Positions 37,596 to 51,094 of a stretch of 64,000 nucleotides of DNA are shown one piece after another (position 1 is the first letter of the stretch; each line of letters opens with the position of its first letter). The notes beneath the pieces were generated by a model that saw only the letters and a program-made list of their open reading frames with translations, was not told the DNA's origin and ran no database searches. The DNA comes from Octopus bimaculoides (taxonomy: Eukaryota), in contig NC_068988.1 in the NCBI RefSeq assembly GCF_001194135.2, forward strand, positions 38,769,582 to 38,833,581. The letters are read 5' to 3'. Both the position numbers and the translations under genes were made by a program.

Positions 37596-37905
37596 GAACC
37601 CTTTCGGACATGAAAAGTTACTCTCCGAGGCACAAGTCTGGACAAGGTTGTTTATGGAAAACCAGCAGTCGCCCATGCATACCAGCCTCCCCTCTCCACA
37701 CCATTGATGTTATCCAAGGGAAAGGCAAAATCCAATACAGCTTGGCACCAATGATGTTGCAACTCATTTCTACAGCTGAGAGAACTGGAGCAACATGAAA
37801 TAAAGTGTCTTGCTCAAGAACACAATACCCAACCCGGTCAGGGAATGAAACTCACTAACTCACAATTGTGAGCCCAACACAGTAACCATGAGCCATGCAC
37901 CTTCT
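37596..37905 (-). mobile_element. SINE family C, tail type 1
   Basis: Reverse complement of the 7323-7660 element. Confidence 0.85.
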
Positions 37906-38942
37906 CAAAGTTCTCTGACAAGTGTTAGTATTAGTACATCCTGACAAGAGACTTAAGGAAACCTTTCTTTTCTTTGTTTCAGCTAAGTAATCAAGCTTGT
38001 ACAAGTATTTAATACAAAATGTTGTTAGTATGTACAGCGTAAAAATGAAGGAATTCCATTGCAAGCTCCGGTGGTGTTGGTTGCTTATTTAGTTCCAAAT
38101 CAGCTCCAATCTGCCAGACTTATAGGACGAAAAGTGTTCCAGCTGTGAACATTTCAACTTTTACTTATTGACAATTTGTCCAGGACTCCATTATCGAAAC
38201 TGTTCCAACTTTTTTTAAGACAGTGTGGTGTTCTGCTGATATCTCTTGCAGTTTAAGTGACCTTACTGAAGTGATTCACTCATTGACCATTGAGGACCAT
38301 TGTTCTCATATTAGGTATCAAATGATCTATGATGTCCCTTAAGACAAAATGATAGCCTATGAAGTACATGTGTATGTAGGGGGTAGGGTGGGTTGGAAAA
38401 CATCTTTTATTGACTTAAAGAGATAAAACTAGAGCTAAACGCCAGCCCATAAGAACCAGTTCAAGGCTCAGAAAACATAATTTTTTTTTTAATCAACAGC
38501 TGTTAGAACCAACTAGCACTGACTTGTTTTGGTTCACAGAACCCAGAATTTTTTTTTTTTTTTACAGTTTAGAGAGAGTGGGCGGCAATATTCACAAATT
38601 CCCTTTGTTTCTAGAACCTTCAAAGCTGGTGAAAGGATGAAGACATCTGTTTTTAATCAGGGACCTGAGGTGAATGCTTATTACAGCATGAACCCCACTC
38701 AAAGGCATCAGACATTTTTTTTTTTCAATGTTAACCTTAAATCAATTTATAGCTAATTTTGTTTTTACTTTAGTGTGATGCTGACATGGCTGTGTGCTAA
38801 GAAGCTTGCTTCCCAACCGCATGGCTATGGGTTCAGACCCACTACATGGCACCTTGGGCAAGTGTCATATGTTATAGACTCAGGCCAACCAAAGCATTGT
38901 GAGTGGATTTGGTACACAGAAACTTAAAAGAAGCCCATCATA

Positions 38943-39273
38943 TACACCTACACCTTGGCTTATGACCGATGCAACTTACGACCATCTGCACTTACAACCA
39001 CAAAAAATAAGGAAATAAAAAAATAAATTCAAAAATTGATTTTCGGACATTGGGCAGCTGTGCGTATGATAACTATGGCAGCATCTGGCAATGCAGGCTT
39101 CCCTCAGAGTCCAGCATCCACTGCCTGCCACTGTCTCTCTCTCAGTTGCTTTCAAACATCAGTTACGTTCGAATGAAAATAGTGTTGATAATTACAGATC
39201 CAACATATGACCAGATTGACTTATGACCTCTCAGTCGGAGCAGAACACGGTCATAAATCAATGAGAAGGTGTA
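38943..39273. mobile_element. Tigger/pogo-like MITE inserted in the TA tract of a SINE A copy (38783-39490)
   Basis: Imperfect 26 bp TIRs tacacctacaccttggcttatgaccg / cggtcataaatcaatgagaaggtgta with TA flanks. The SINE A halves resume on either side. Confidence 0.8.
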
Positions 39274-42200
39274 TATATACATATATATATATATATGTAT
39301 GTATGTGTGTCTGTCTGTCTGTCTTTGTGTTTGTTACATCACCTTAACTTAGTAGTTCAGCAAAAGAAGCTGATAGAATGAGTACCAGGCTTAAAAAAAA
39401 ATAAGTACAGGGGTTAATTCATTTGCCTAAAAATTCTTCAAGGGAATGTCTCAGCATGGCCACAGTCTAATGACTGAAAAAGTAAAAGATCATGTTAAAG
39501 ACAATTTTATTTTTAATGAACCATTTGTTGAAGACATAACAACTAAAAGACTCTGCGTATGTTTTATGTGCTTCATCTATTGATGCTGTTAAGCTGACAG
39601 TTTGTCAGATTCCATTTCTGTATGTGCATTATTTCTTCATGTATTGTTCTAGGATGGGTTTCATTGATATTTATTCAAATTCTGATAAAAGATTCATTGA
39701 GAAATTGTGAAATGTTCCACGACAGACAAATATTGGAGCTTAATGATGTCATCTATTGCCATAAAATTGCCTTCTTGTGATGAAAATAATTTTTCGTTTT
39801 TTTTACATTTTCTGTATGCGTGAAAATATGAATAGTTTATTTCATAATTTCTTTGTAAAATTATTCTAATTTTAATTTTCTTTATTTCCAGGTAAAAAAG
39901 GGAATATATAACATACACAGCCATTATATATACAAATATCTCTGGTGATTAGGTAAGATAACAGCATCGATCAGTAATGTATATACATACATATATGTAT
40001 ATGTATTATTGTTTATGGTTATTTATTGGTTCTTTATTTTGTTTTTATTTCGTTTATACTTATGTGTATGCATGTGTATATATGTATGTTTATATACACA
40101 CACATACACCTAAATTATTTGTGTTTATATTATTTTTTTGTTATTTAAATCAATTTTTATTAACATATAAAGTAAATAAATATAAAATCATTATTAATTG
40201 GATTGACAGAATAGTTAGAGTGTTGAACAAAATGCTTTGGTGGTATTTAGTTACAGCTCTTAACATTCTGAGTTCAAATGCTACCAAGGTCAACTTTGCC
40301 TTTCATCCTTCTATGATTGATAAAATAAAGTACCAGTCAAGTACTGGGGTCGATTTCTTTCGACTAGTCTATCTCTCTTTATGAAAATTTATATTAAAAA
40401 TCATTGTTGTTATTAAATTTTGTTTGTAATTGCTTTCTATAATTCTTTGATAGATATTTCATCTGTATAAAATTCAATATTTCATTAACCTAACACGGTT
40501 TAATTGCTGTAATGATGTATCAATGATGATTTGTTTTTCTTTTTTTTTTTTTCGTTTTTATGTGTTTGTTTAATTTATATTTGACTTTTATTTCATTATT
40601 TTTAATAATTTACAAAAAAATAAAAATTATAAATTTTTTTTATGTACTTCCATGTGTATTCAGGAACACCGTACTCTATGTAAATTAGTTGGAAAGTAAT
40701 TACACTGTGAGACATATGATATGAGATTTTATTCTGGGTAGATAGGTAGAGAATTTTTATTGCTTTAATTTAGTGAATACTGTTACACCATAAGTATGAC
40801 GATATTGATAACTGTACTACATGTTCCCAAAAGTTGGTTCCAGCCATACTGAAGATTTCTATTTGGGCTTTCAATGAAAGATATTGAAAGTGTATATGTT
40901 TAAGTATGCCTATGTACATAGGCTTACACTCATACATATGTGCAGTGCATGCACATACATTCACAATATCTTTCAATTGAGCACAAGGCCAACTTAATGA
41001 GTATGAATCTATAATCAATGAAATTAAAAGCATTATGCTGGCATAATCAGAAAGATTGTGGCATTTCCATCTCTGATGTCTTTTGTTTTTGCCATATGTA
41101 TATGGTGTGTGTGTGTGTGTGTGTTTATTCATTCATATATATGTGTGTATCTAAAATGTCATTATTTTTACTTTGTAATTTAGATTTCTAACATGTTCAG
41201 GAATGTTGTCTTATTCGAGCTTTTCATATCATTTGATTTGATCTTGATTGTTCTTCTATAGATCTCTCAACCACTCTGTTGTATGGAAAACACAATGAAA
41301 TATAGATCAAATATGTAGGATTTACATCTGACAGCTAAATTCTAAACTTTTGAGATACTGCATAAAAGTGAACATGTATTGATGTAAAATACGCAGGAAA
41401 TGAAGTGGATAAAATAATAAACTCCAGGTGGAATGAAACTCACATTTCCTGCTTTATACCAGAATATGTACATACCTGTTATATGCTGGCATGGCTGTGT
41501 GGTCAAGAAGTTTGCTTTACAGCCATGTGGCTCTAGGTTCCCTTCCACTATGTGCCACCATGGGGCAAGTGTTTTCTATCGTAGTTTCAGGTTGACCAAT
41601 GTCTTGTAAATAAAATTTTGTTGGTGAAAACTGCAGAAGACTAACATACAGGTGTGTGTGTGTATGTGTTTGAGCATGTGTGTGTTGGTGAGAGATTGCT
41701 GATAAATTGGTGCACCAATTCTTCTGAATTTCACCCCTTTATACTCAGGTAGACTCAGCCATTTAATAAATAGAAATTGGTAAAATAAGTATCAGCCTAG
41801 GTACTGATACTAGTATAAGCAACAAAACCTCTTTGAAGTCACTGCTACAGAATGGCTGCAGTCTAAAGATTTAAACCAATACAAGTATTCTATTTCAAGC
41901 TTTGTGCCAGTTCTTCATCTTGTAGAAAGTCAGTGAATCTATGCCACATCATAACTGAGACACTAGTTTTGTTGTTATTGCAACAATTATCTGCAACTCT
42001 GTTTTGGACAAACCAATTAAGGAACCTCCACTTGATTTGCTACAAATAGCAGCCAAATTCCTTCTACTTTATTAAGAGGAAGAACTTTGATCTTTGACAT
42101 ACAAAAAGATAGTCATGGACAAATGCACAACTGGAGCTGTGCTGGGATTAAACAAAAAACCTCTGTGTTTTTTTTATAGCCAGCAGTGTACAGTAAATAG

Positions 42201-42682
42201 ACAGTATGTTTGTTATCTCAAAGCAGGAAAATTTTTCTCTTACGTTATATAATATCATTGAATACATCTTAATCATTATTTTAAGATAATAATAAACATA
42301 TATAGTTGCTGCATGGAAAACACATACTGGCTATTCAAAACCATACAAAAAGCTGTTAGCATCACTGAAACATTTATTATTAGGTGTCACCTTTTATTAA
42401 GTTATGAATCTTCAAATAATATGTTGGAAAAAATTTATATACTCAACATGTGAATTGTTAAACTGTAGACCAATATTAAACTCTGTGTGTGTGTGTGTGT
42501 GTGTGTATTTGTGTGTGTGAAGCTGGGAGTGAGGACATAAAATTATTTGATGGTAAGCAAGCATATTGCAGGACCACTTAAAAAGAATCTCAGCCTCAAC
42601 GGCATAACATGTCAGTTACCTATGTTATTTTGTATGTTCCACTTTGTTTCTGCAATCTGTTTGGGTATGCTCTTTCATTGAC

Positions 42683-43620
42683 ATCATTATCATCATCATC
42701 ATTACCATCATCATTTAACGTTTGTCTTCCATGCTGGCATGGGTTGGATGGTTTTATATGAGTTGGCAAGCTGAAGAGCGACAGACAAGCTCTATTGTCT
42801 CCATTGGCATGGTTTCTGTGGTCGGATCATCATCATCATCATCATCGTTTAACGTCCGCTTTCCATGCTAGCATGGGTTGGACGATTTGACTGAGGACTG
42901 GTGAAACCGGATGGCAACACCAGGCTCCAGTCTGATTTGGCAGAGTTTCTACAGCTGGATGCCCTTCCTAACGCCAACCACTCAGAGAGTGTAGTGGGTG
43001 CTTTTACGTGTCACCCGCACGAAAACGGCCACGCTCGAAATGGTGTCTTTTATGTGCCACCCGCACAAGCCAGTCCAGGGGCACTGGCAACGATCTCGCT
43101 CGAAAATCCTACAGGAGCCAGTCAGGCNNNNNNNNNNTACAGCTGGATGCCCTTCCTAACGCCAACCACTCAGAGAGTGTAGTGGGTGCTTTTACGTGTC
43201 ACCCGCACGAAAACGGCCACGCTCGAAATGGTGTCTTTTATGTGCCACCCGCACAAGCCAGTCCAGGGGCACTGGCAACGATCTCGCTCGAAAATCCTAC
43301 AGGAGCCAGTCAGGCGGTACTGGCAACGGCCACGCTCAAAATGGTGCATCTCATGTGCCACCCGCACAAGAACCAGTCCAGGGGCACTGGCAACGATCTT
43401 ACTTGGCTTGCCGGGTCTTCTCACGCACAGCCCATTTCCACATGCCCTTCTTAATGCCAGCCACTTTACAGATGGTGCAAGGTGTTTTTTATGTGGCACC
43501 AACACTAACGGGATTGTCAAATAACTTGCAAGACAAAGACCTCTCAGCTGGGAGAGGGAGTGGATCCAAGAGAAGTGGCTTTGTGCCAGGTGAGAGGTTA
43601 GTGTGTAATAGAAGGATAGA
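42683..43620 (-). mobile_element. Young 5'-truncated RTE copy (about 42827-43440) nested inside an older RTE tail
   Basis: The older copy breaks at ...ggtcggat and resumes catgcccttcttaatgcc at 43441. The inner copy is CpG-rich, has a tandemly repeated 3' UTR and carries the ORF end AVREKTRQA on the minus strand. Confidence 0.8.
43128..43137. other. Assembly gap (10 N) between two identical 178 bp segments
   Basis: 42950-43127 is identical to 43138-43315. Confidence 0.95.
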
Positions 43621-44269
43621 GATTTGGTATTATTAAACAACTTTGGTTAGAGGAACTCCACACACAGACACAGGCATGACTGTGGTCATTTTGCAACTGT
43701 GTGGCTTTAGAGCAAATCCCATGTTTCTCAATCATTAGCTAATTGACTAGCTAATGGGTGGTTTATGGATTGCATCTAAGACTCAAAACATGGACTCAAT
43801 ACATGGAAGAGTGGAATAAATAAACATCCTCAATATAAGTAACTGAAAAATAAAGACACTCTCACACATGTATCAGTTCACAATACAAATACTAGTATGT
43901 CAGGATTTTTGACATGTTGGGTAAATATCTTCCTTGTAGTAAACACATAAGTTGGCTCACTCGGACACCATTCTTTAGGAGTATTGTAATGGATATAAAT
44001 GAATGAGTTTGGATAATTTTTATGTTTGTTACGGAGAGAAGTGGGATTGAATGTTTTGAGACTGTTGTTTCATCTGAGAGAGAACAAATTTTTTCCCCAG
44101 CAAATAAACTTACAGAAACTCCTGAATTTCACTGTATATTTTTGGTCTAGGATTTTGTTTTCTTTCTATCTCTACCATTCAATCATTTGGATTGTATCTA
44201 AGGCTTAAACAAAGATTCAGTACTTGGAAGAGTGGAATAAATAAAATTTATAATGACTAATATATTTTT

Positions 44270-44495
44270 AGAAAAATGCACCAATGCATAATTGGTACAT
44301 GTAAAGCACCCATCCTGGTTCCACGTACAAAAGCACTCAGTACACTCTGTAAAGTGGCTGGTATTAGGAAGGCATCCAACTATAGAAATCAAGCCAAAAC
44401 AGACAATTGGAGCCTAGTGCAGTTCTGCTGGCCAGCTCCTGTCAAACTGTCCAGCCCATGCCAGCACGGAAAACAGATGTTAAATGATGATGATG
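44270..44495 (+). mobile_element. RTE 3' tail
   Basis: aaagcacccatcc...ggaaggcatccaactatagaaa...ccatgccagcacggaaaacagatgttaaatgatgatgat. Confidence 0.75.
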
Positions 44496-46493
44496 ATAAT
44501 TTCATTATAATCCTCATCCTCCTCATCATCATCATTGTTTTAATGTCTAATTTTCCATGCTTGCATGGGTTGGATGGAATTTGTTGGGGTAGATATCTTT
44601 ACAGTTGGGTCCCCTTCCTGTCATTAACCCTCACTTGTAAGGTAATGTTTCTCTATGCAAGGTAATATCTCTCTATGGCTAGCTATGTTTCCCATAGAAA
44701 ATTGGAAATGAAGGACACTGCTTGCATGACAGTGACACTCATTTACAACTGCCACACAATATCAAGGCTAAGCGAAAGACACACACACACACACACACAC
44801 ATGCACACATGCATGGCTTCCATACAGTTTCTGTCTACCAATGCACTCACAAGGCTTCGGTAGTCCTTGAGCCATAGTAGAAGACACTTGCCCAAGGTGC
44901 CATGCAGTGAAACTGAACCTGGAACCATGTGGTTGGAACGCAAGCTCTTACTATACAGCTATGCTTGCACTAAGTTATACCTGTAGCTATACACTCACAC
45001 ACACACACACATACATACACACACACACACACATAAAGAATGCTTTCATTTGCTTATCTACTGCTAGGAACAGTATGTTTTCCATACTCAGCTTCAGATA
45101 CACCCACCTACACACATGTGTGCATGGGTGTGCACACACATGCACACACACTCTCTCTCTTCTTCAATATCTTCAGAAAGTTTAGGGTATGACAAACTAC
45201 ATCTGGCTGCAGAGCTTCAGCACAAGCGAATGAGCTTATCTCTGTTTCAGAGTTGTTTATTGAATGTCTGCGAAGTCTTATCATTATGATATAAAATGGT
45301 GTGTGGGTAGATAATTGAATTCTTCATGGAGGATTTTTTTCTTTTTTTTTTTTTGCCTAAATCAGTTTTCAATATATTCAGATAGTTGGGCAAAGTTAAG
45401 TCAAGCAGAATCTTCTAAGGCTGCGTTGATTCTCATCGAATTTGAACTCAACTCCATCAGCTAGCAAACTGGGTTTTTTTTTTTGTTTTTTGAATTTTTA
45501 CTAAGATGGACTGCACTGACTGTCCTTACAAACACCACCACCACCACCACCACCACTGCTGCTACTGCTACTACTTTTAAAGCCAGTAACATTGTGCCTG
45601 TTTGTAACTTCTGTGTGGTCACTTGACTTGCTAGAAATAGCTGCCATAAATCAATTTTATCAAACTTTTTTGTCTTCATATGGAGTTATCTCCTGTACTT
45701 TCTGGGACTGATTCAAAACATTATTAATCAGTAAACTAATGTTGTCTTACCCCACCACATAATTATTTCTAATTAGATTATTCATGCTCATTAACATTAG
45801 TTATGGAATTGCTGATTTTACTACTGTTTCTCTTGCTAGAATGATTGAATTTAGTTTCTGATAGAGCACTCATTTTAAAAGCTGGTTGCTCTTCTTACTT
45901 TTAGCCTATCAATCATTAATCTGCTATTGTTTAATCCCAAGTTAGCTCTGTTTGAGTAAAGGTATTCTTGTCATCACCATTTCACTCAATTTATTTCAGA
46001 GGAAAAAAATCAAAGAGAACATTATTCAGCATGTCCTTTCTTGTTTTTAAAGGCGGATGAGTGATATTTGAAGGATTTGACTACTATTTCTAGCAGGTTG
46101 CACAGTCATATAGAACTCTTTCATTGCATTAAGTAAGTGTATATAACCTATTTTGTTAGTCAAGCAGACAAGAACAAGGCTGAATTATACTGTTTTTATC
46201 AAGGAAGTGCCCTGCCCAGAATCGCTGGTTTCATTGTACACAAATGTTTTATTTTGCAAAGTTGATAAATTACATACTCAGACTTCACTTGGCTTGGCAA
46301 CACAATGGCTACAGTAAGATTTGAACTTATGTCATGGTTATGTGGTTAAGAAGTTTGCTTCCAACCTCATCATTCCGGGTTCACTCCCACTGCTTGGACT
46401 GCTTTGCACCTTGGCCAAGTGCTTTCTATTAAAGTCCCATGCCAACCAAAGCCTTTAGAGTGGTTTTTGGTAGATGGAAACTGGGAGAAGGCC

Positions 46494-46533
<40 letters not shown>

Positions 46534-47624
46534 CACATATGTATTTGTTTATACGTATTTATATGTGTGTGTGTGTGTGTGTGTGTGTGATCAACAACAA
46601 CAAAAAAAAAATTACTCCATCCAATGAGAAATAAAATTCATTTTATATACAAGGAATTTAAATGTGAGCTACTATAAGTTTCATGCTCTGATAGTACAAT
46701 TGTCTGACAATGTAGTGTTCTATATACTATCGTGCAAATTTTCAGGCTCAGATCCTGTGTATATTAAATGACGTATGTATGTATGTTTATGTTTCCTTGT
46801 CTTAACATCGTGTGATTATTATTAACGAATGTCATTGGTTTCCTTTCTTCCTTGGAAACATGTCAGGTTGGAGACAAGTATGGGTTAGCAACAGGAAGAG
46901 CATCTGGCTGTAGAAAATCTGCCCCAGTAAAACGCCATCTGACCCAGGCAGGCATAGAAAAGTGAATGTAAAGTGACAATGATAATGATGACTGTTCTGA
47001 GTAGTGCAGTATCATAATCTGTTCTTGTTCTTATTTATTCTGTAGTCAGTTCTGATTATGCAGCAGATCTATAATCAAAGACAGTCCACCTGTGAAATAT
47101 CTTTTCTTTTTCTGTTTATTACAACATAGTGCATCTAGGATTATATTATTGATTGTACCTTTTTTCTTTAGTATTTGTGTGATTTTGAGGGAGATTTGGC
47201 TGCTATATCTAGAAGTTGAGTAGTACCATAGAGATTCCCTTCTTGGTTCAATGTATAAATATTCAAATTTAGAAGAATCAAACATCCATTCCATTGTAAT
47301 ATTAAAAAGTGAATGTCAAATAATCAAAAACTAAAATTTGATACTATAATAAAAATTTAGATATGATTGAAATCACTTTATTAGCTTTCAGAACATATTG
47401 TTAATGAGATTATCTGTCTATTAACTTACTATTTAATTAATTGATAATAAAACTGAAGTTAACTGCAACCAGTACATGCAATTTTTTTGGCTATGTGACC
47501 CTCCCATCATACAAAAAAAAAAATTGTTTTGAATGAATTTTGAACTTATTCAAGAATTTGAAAGAATATAGTAAAATAACTTGTTCATTCCTCTTAAGGA
47601 ATTCAGTTACATAGCTCAGCACTT

Positions 47625-47825
47625 TTAACTCATTCACTTCAGATTATTCTGTCAAATGTAATGCTTATTTATTCACATTGTTTTGAATTAATTATCCATT
47701 ATCTCATAGCTTCGAGATTTTTATGATGTGACTGATTATTTTTTAGAATGACATTGTAGGGTAGGTGTGAAAGGCTGGTAGAATATTTGTGCCAAATTTG
47801 GCCAGTTTAAATGCTAAAGTGTTAA
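47625..47825 (-). mobile_element. piggyBac-like MITE
   Basis: TTAA at 47625-47628 and 47822-47825; reverse of the 7829 family. Confidence 0.8.
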
Positions 47826-47944
47826 ATGCTTCTGTTCTGTTTACTGCACTTGTGCCTTTATCCCCAGTTGTACATTAATAACTAATTCTGTAACCTAATT
47901 TCACGTCCCTGACTATTTTGAATACACTTCCACTGACCTCATCT

Positions 47945-48546
47945 ATTGTATCCAGTGTGGGCTTTTATTTTAATACCAGAGAATATATTTACTCTCTTAC
48001 TGAGATAGGGAAAGTGACTGGAGTTTCTTGACAGTATTTGTCTCTTTGAAAAACTTATTTTTATTCTGAAAGCAGAGATTTATCTGAGTAAGATCAGAAT
48101 CAATCTTATCCTTCTCCTGGAGCATAAAATTGAGAGTTTGTAGATAATTCATTTTATTAGTAAGAAACGGCATATCTTACATCCATTCATCATATTCCAA
48201 TTGAAGATAGAATCAGTTCTTAATAGAAAAGTAATAACAGGCTCCAGCAGATCCACAAGTTGACAACCATCTCACACTGCAAATAGATAGAGACATCAGT
48301 GGGTTTATCTTTTAGCTCCAGTTCTTCAATGAAATTTCAGAAATGTTCGTAGGTTTTTCTCATTTAAGCATATGATATTGATAATTTCAAGGTGGATTTC
48401 ATAACATCTTCATACTGGAAGCATCTGTCTGCCATGTGTTCATGCTGAATAATGCAACGAACAGGGAGATCTATCGAAAGAGGGGACTGCTTTTTATAAG
48501 TGCAATCAATCCTGCATTTTTCCTGCTGTTGCAGGTGTTGCAACAC
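47945..48546 (-). mobile_element. Buster/Charlie (SPIN/GTF2IRD2-like) hAT transposase relic
   Basis: Frameshifted minus-strand peptides GKNAGLIAL, KKQSPLSIDLPVRCIIQHEH (HCIIHQE motif, 48436-48459), FIEELELKDKP, VRWLST (48258-48275) and VDLLEPVITFL, followed by LQTLN..LQ.KDK-like residues. No TIRs seen. Confidence 0.85.
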
Positions 48547-48779
48547 TGAGTTTGCTTAGTAGAGCATCAGCATTTGCTAAGGCTCTGTTAAGCACATTTT
48601 TAATATGAATATTATGAGTTGTTCTTTTAATGTATTCTAAATCCAGTATCTCTTTTGTGGGAAACATAGTAAACAGCTACTACCAGGTGGCTTATTTTTT
48701 ATGCTAATGAAATACACCGCCTTTATTTGAATTAATTTTGAAAACACTTGCCTCACACAATACAGAAACATTTCTCATG

Positions 48780-49065
48780 ACTCCAGCAAACAAAATGTTT
48801 GCCATGGAAGATGGCGAGGGAGATGCACTGGAACAGCCACTCTGACTCATGGGGCTGACGCTTGCAGACAGCCATCTCTGCCCTGATAGTGGTGAGCAGG
48901 GATATAATCGGGGGGGGGGGGCAAGAATGCTGGTTCTCTACTGCCACAGGCTCAGCCATAAGCTTGTCGGAGAGTGACTGATACATTGATAGTTTGCTTT
49001 TCTCAGCCTGACAAGCAGCAGAGTCTGGACAGGTGTTGACTGTAGATTTGTCAAGAGTTAACCCG
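48780..49065 (-). mobile_element. CRE-type non-LTR retrotransposon relic, RLE C-terminus
   Basis: SAACQAEKSKLSMYQSLSDKLMAEPVAVE...LLTTIRAEMAVCKRQPHESEWLFQCISLAIFHGK matches the CRE-clade pattern AE..K..KY...F.P.AVE...E..WL.QRISLAI.RGN. Confidence 0.8.
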
Positions 49066-49069
49066 AATG

Positions 49070-49700
49070 CAATCGTCATCATCACCAAACCTCCATGATC
49101 CATGCATGCATGGGTTGAATGGTTTGACAGGATCCAATGAGTCCCAGGATTGCAGTGTGATTCAGTGTTTGCTTTGGCATAGTTCTTAGGCTAGATGCCC
49201 TTCCTAATACGAACCACTTAACCACTTTACAGCATGGACTGGGTGCTTTTTCATGCCCCCTGCACTATTGAAGCCACAATGTAGTTTGCAGGACGAACAA
49301 GCCGTGGGAGAGATTGGGGGTGGGGACAGCTTTGTAGTAATCAAGGGGATTACTGTGAGAAGTGTGGAGCTGGGCAGGTTCTTGTAGAGGGGTCTGTATG
49401 GCTACTCATATCTGGTAGGAGAAGAAGGAGAGAGAAAGAAAAAAGATCAGTAGGAGCTGCAAACGATAGATAATAGATAATGGCAATGAGATGTCCAAGT
49501 GACCACATGTGGCACAAGTTGAGTAAAAGTGGGTGGGCAGTTTACAAGGTTGTATGGAAAGGAGAATGAGGGTATGGGGAGGCAGACTGCTAAATAGGGT
49601 AAGGATGAAGGGTGGATGAACAAAGAACCATGAGCTGAGGATGCATGCGATACTATCACTCATCAGGAATTATGCATCTCTACATGTGGTTTGAAACTGG
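49070..49700 (-). mobile_element. RTE 3' fragment
   Basis: catcatcatc tail, ccatgcatgcatgggttgaatgg and gatgcccttcctaat, followed by purine-rich UTR. Confidence 0.7.
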
Positions 49701-50849
49701 TGTTTAGGCTATTAGTCTTTGAATTTAAGGGTTTTCCAGATGTAACATTGTAATATAATTTAAAAGGTCCTTATTGAAAGTTAAAGTGGAAGGGTTAAAT
49801 TTAAATATGAACAATTTAAAATGGATAGTTTATTTTTCATTTTTATGTTTTATTATCAGGAAATCATGAACAGTCTCAGGTAGACTAATAATAAAAAGGA
49901 TAAATCCAATAATATCATATATTTACCACATTCACCTTCAACTGGCATGTGTTCTAGTTGGCATAGCTACAGATATAATCTTACCAGATAATATCTGATG
50001 CCAACTGTATTAGGAAGTTGTAGCAACATCTGGAATATTAGTAAATTCAGAGCTGATATTTTTCTGATTGAATAGTCTTCCTAGACTCAACTGAGATTGA
50101 AGGTTGAAACAGGAAGGAAAGAGTGATGTACAAAGCTAGTAAAAAAAGAGAAAAAAAACAAAAAAAAAAAAACAAACATTTACCTATATCCTCTCTAGGG
50201 GCTGTGGTGTAGTGGCAAGCTTCCAGTTAGCCAAATCTGGTGTGTATTTTTAATGTTATCTTGTAGCAGTTTCACTGCAATCGGCTTGTTAAGTCTTTTG
50301 AGAATGTCATGAATGTCACATATCAGAACATCATAAATGTCACACACTTTCGCCTTTCCTTAACATGTGTCTGTAGATTTGGAGTAAGAAGTACTACTTA
50401 AGTGTATAGTGCATTAGAGTAGTACATATTGAATCTTTGCTTCAGCAGAGCAACAGAATTGCACTAATGATTCAACCAAAATAATAATAATGATAATAAT
50501 GATGATGATTTCATTTATTTGCTACAAGGGCAAGGGATGAAGGAGACAATATAAAGACAGGCATAAAGTGTGGAGGGTTACATATAATGAAATGATGAAA
50601 AAAAAAGAGGGAAGAAAATAATAACCATAATAATTCTTTCTACTAAAGGCATAATTTGGGTGGGTAGCTAGTCAATTATATCAACCTCCAGTATGCAACT
50701 GGTGCTTTTTTTGTCACCCCTGCTGCTTCCCTTCCTTAAGCTTTCAGTCATACTGTAACACCACGTGTCCTTCACTCACCCTAGGACACAGGATGTGTCT
50801 TGGGAAGTGATTGTAACAAGCTTGTAGATTAAAAGTAAAAAATAATAAT

Positions 50850-51065
50850 AATGATAATTCTTTCTACTATAGGCACAAGGCCTGAAATTTGTGGGGAGGG
50901 GACTAATTGATTACATTGACTCCATTGTTTCACTGGTACTTAATTTATCAACCCTGAAATGGTGAAAGGCAAAGTTGACCTCGGCAGAATTTGAACTCAA
51001 ATATAAAGATGGATGAAATGCAGCTATGCACTTTACCTGGCATGCTAATGATTCTGCCAGCATGA
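50850..51065 (-). mobile_element. SINE family B
   Basis: aattctttctactataggcacaaggcctgaaattt...gttgacctcggcagaatttgaactca...gattctgccagc. Confidence 0.85.
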
Positions 51066-51094
51066 TGCTGTAATAATAAATATAATGTTATAAA

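Noticed and set aside
39892-39952. 61-nt segment with strong acceptor and donor on the + strand
   Set aside because: It has stops in all three frames. It could be a UTR or non-coding exon, but this cannot be supported without transcripts.
42950-43315. Exact 178 bp tandem duplication
   Set aside because: The two identical copies are separated by a 10-N gap, typical of unmerged overlapping contig ends.
42901-43640. Cluster of 93-156 aa ORFs in several frames
   Set aside because: They lie in the GC-rich, tandemly repeated RTE 3' UTR and span an N gap with a duplicated segment, so they are not genes.
49985-50090. Minus-strand exon candidate ending in CTG|gtaaga
   Set aside because: The long form has stops in all frames. 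The 45-nt form is open in two frames but unrecognisable, and GTAAG donors are frequent by chance in DNA of this composition.
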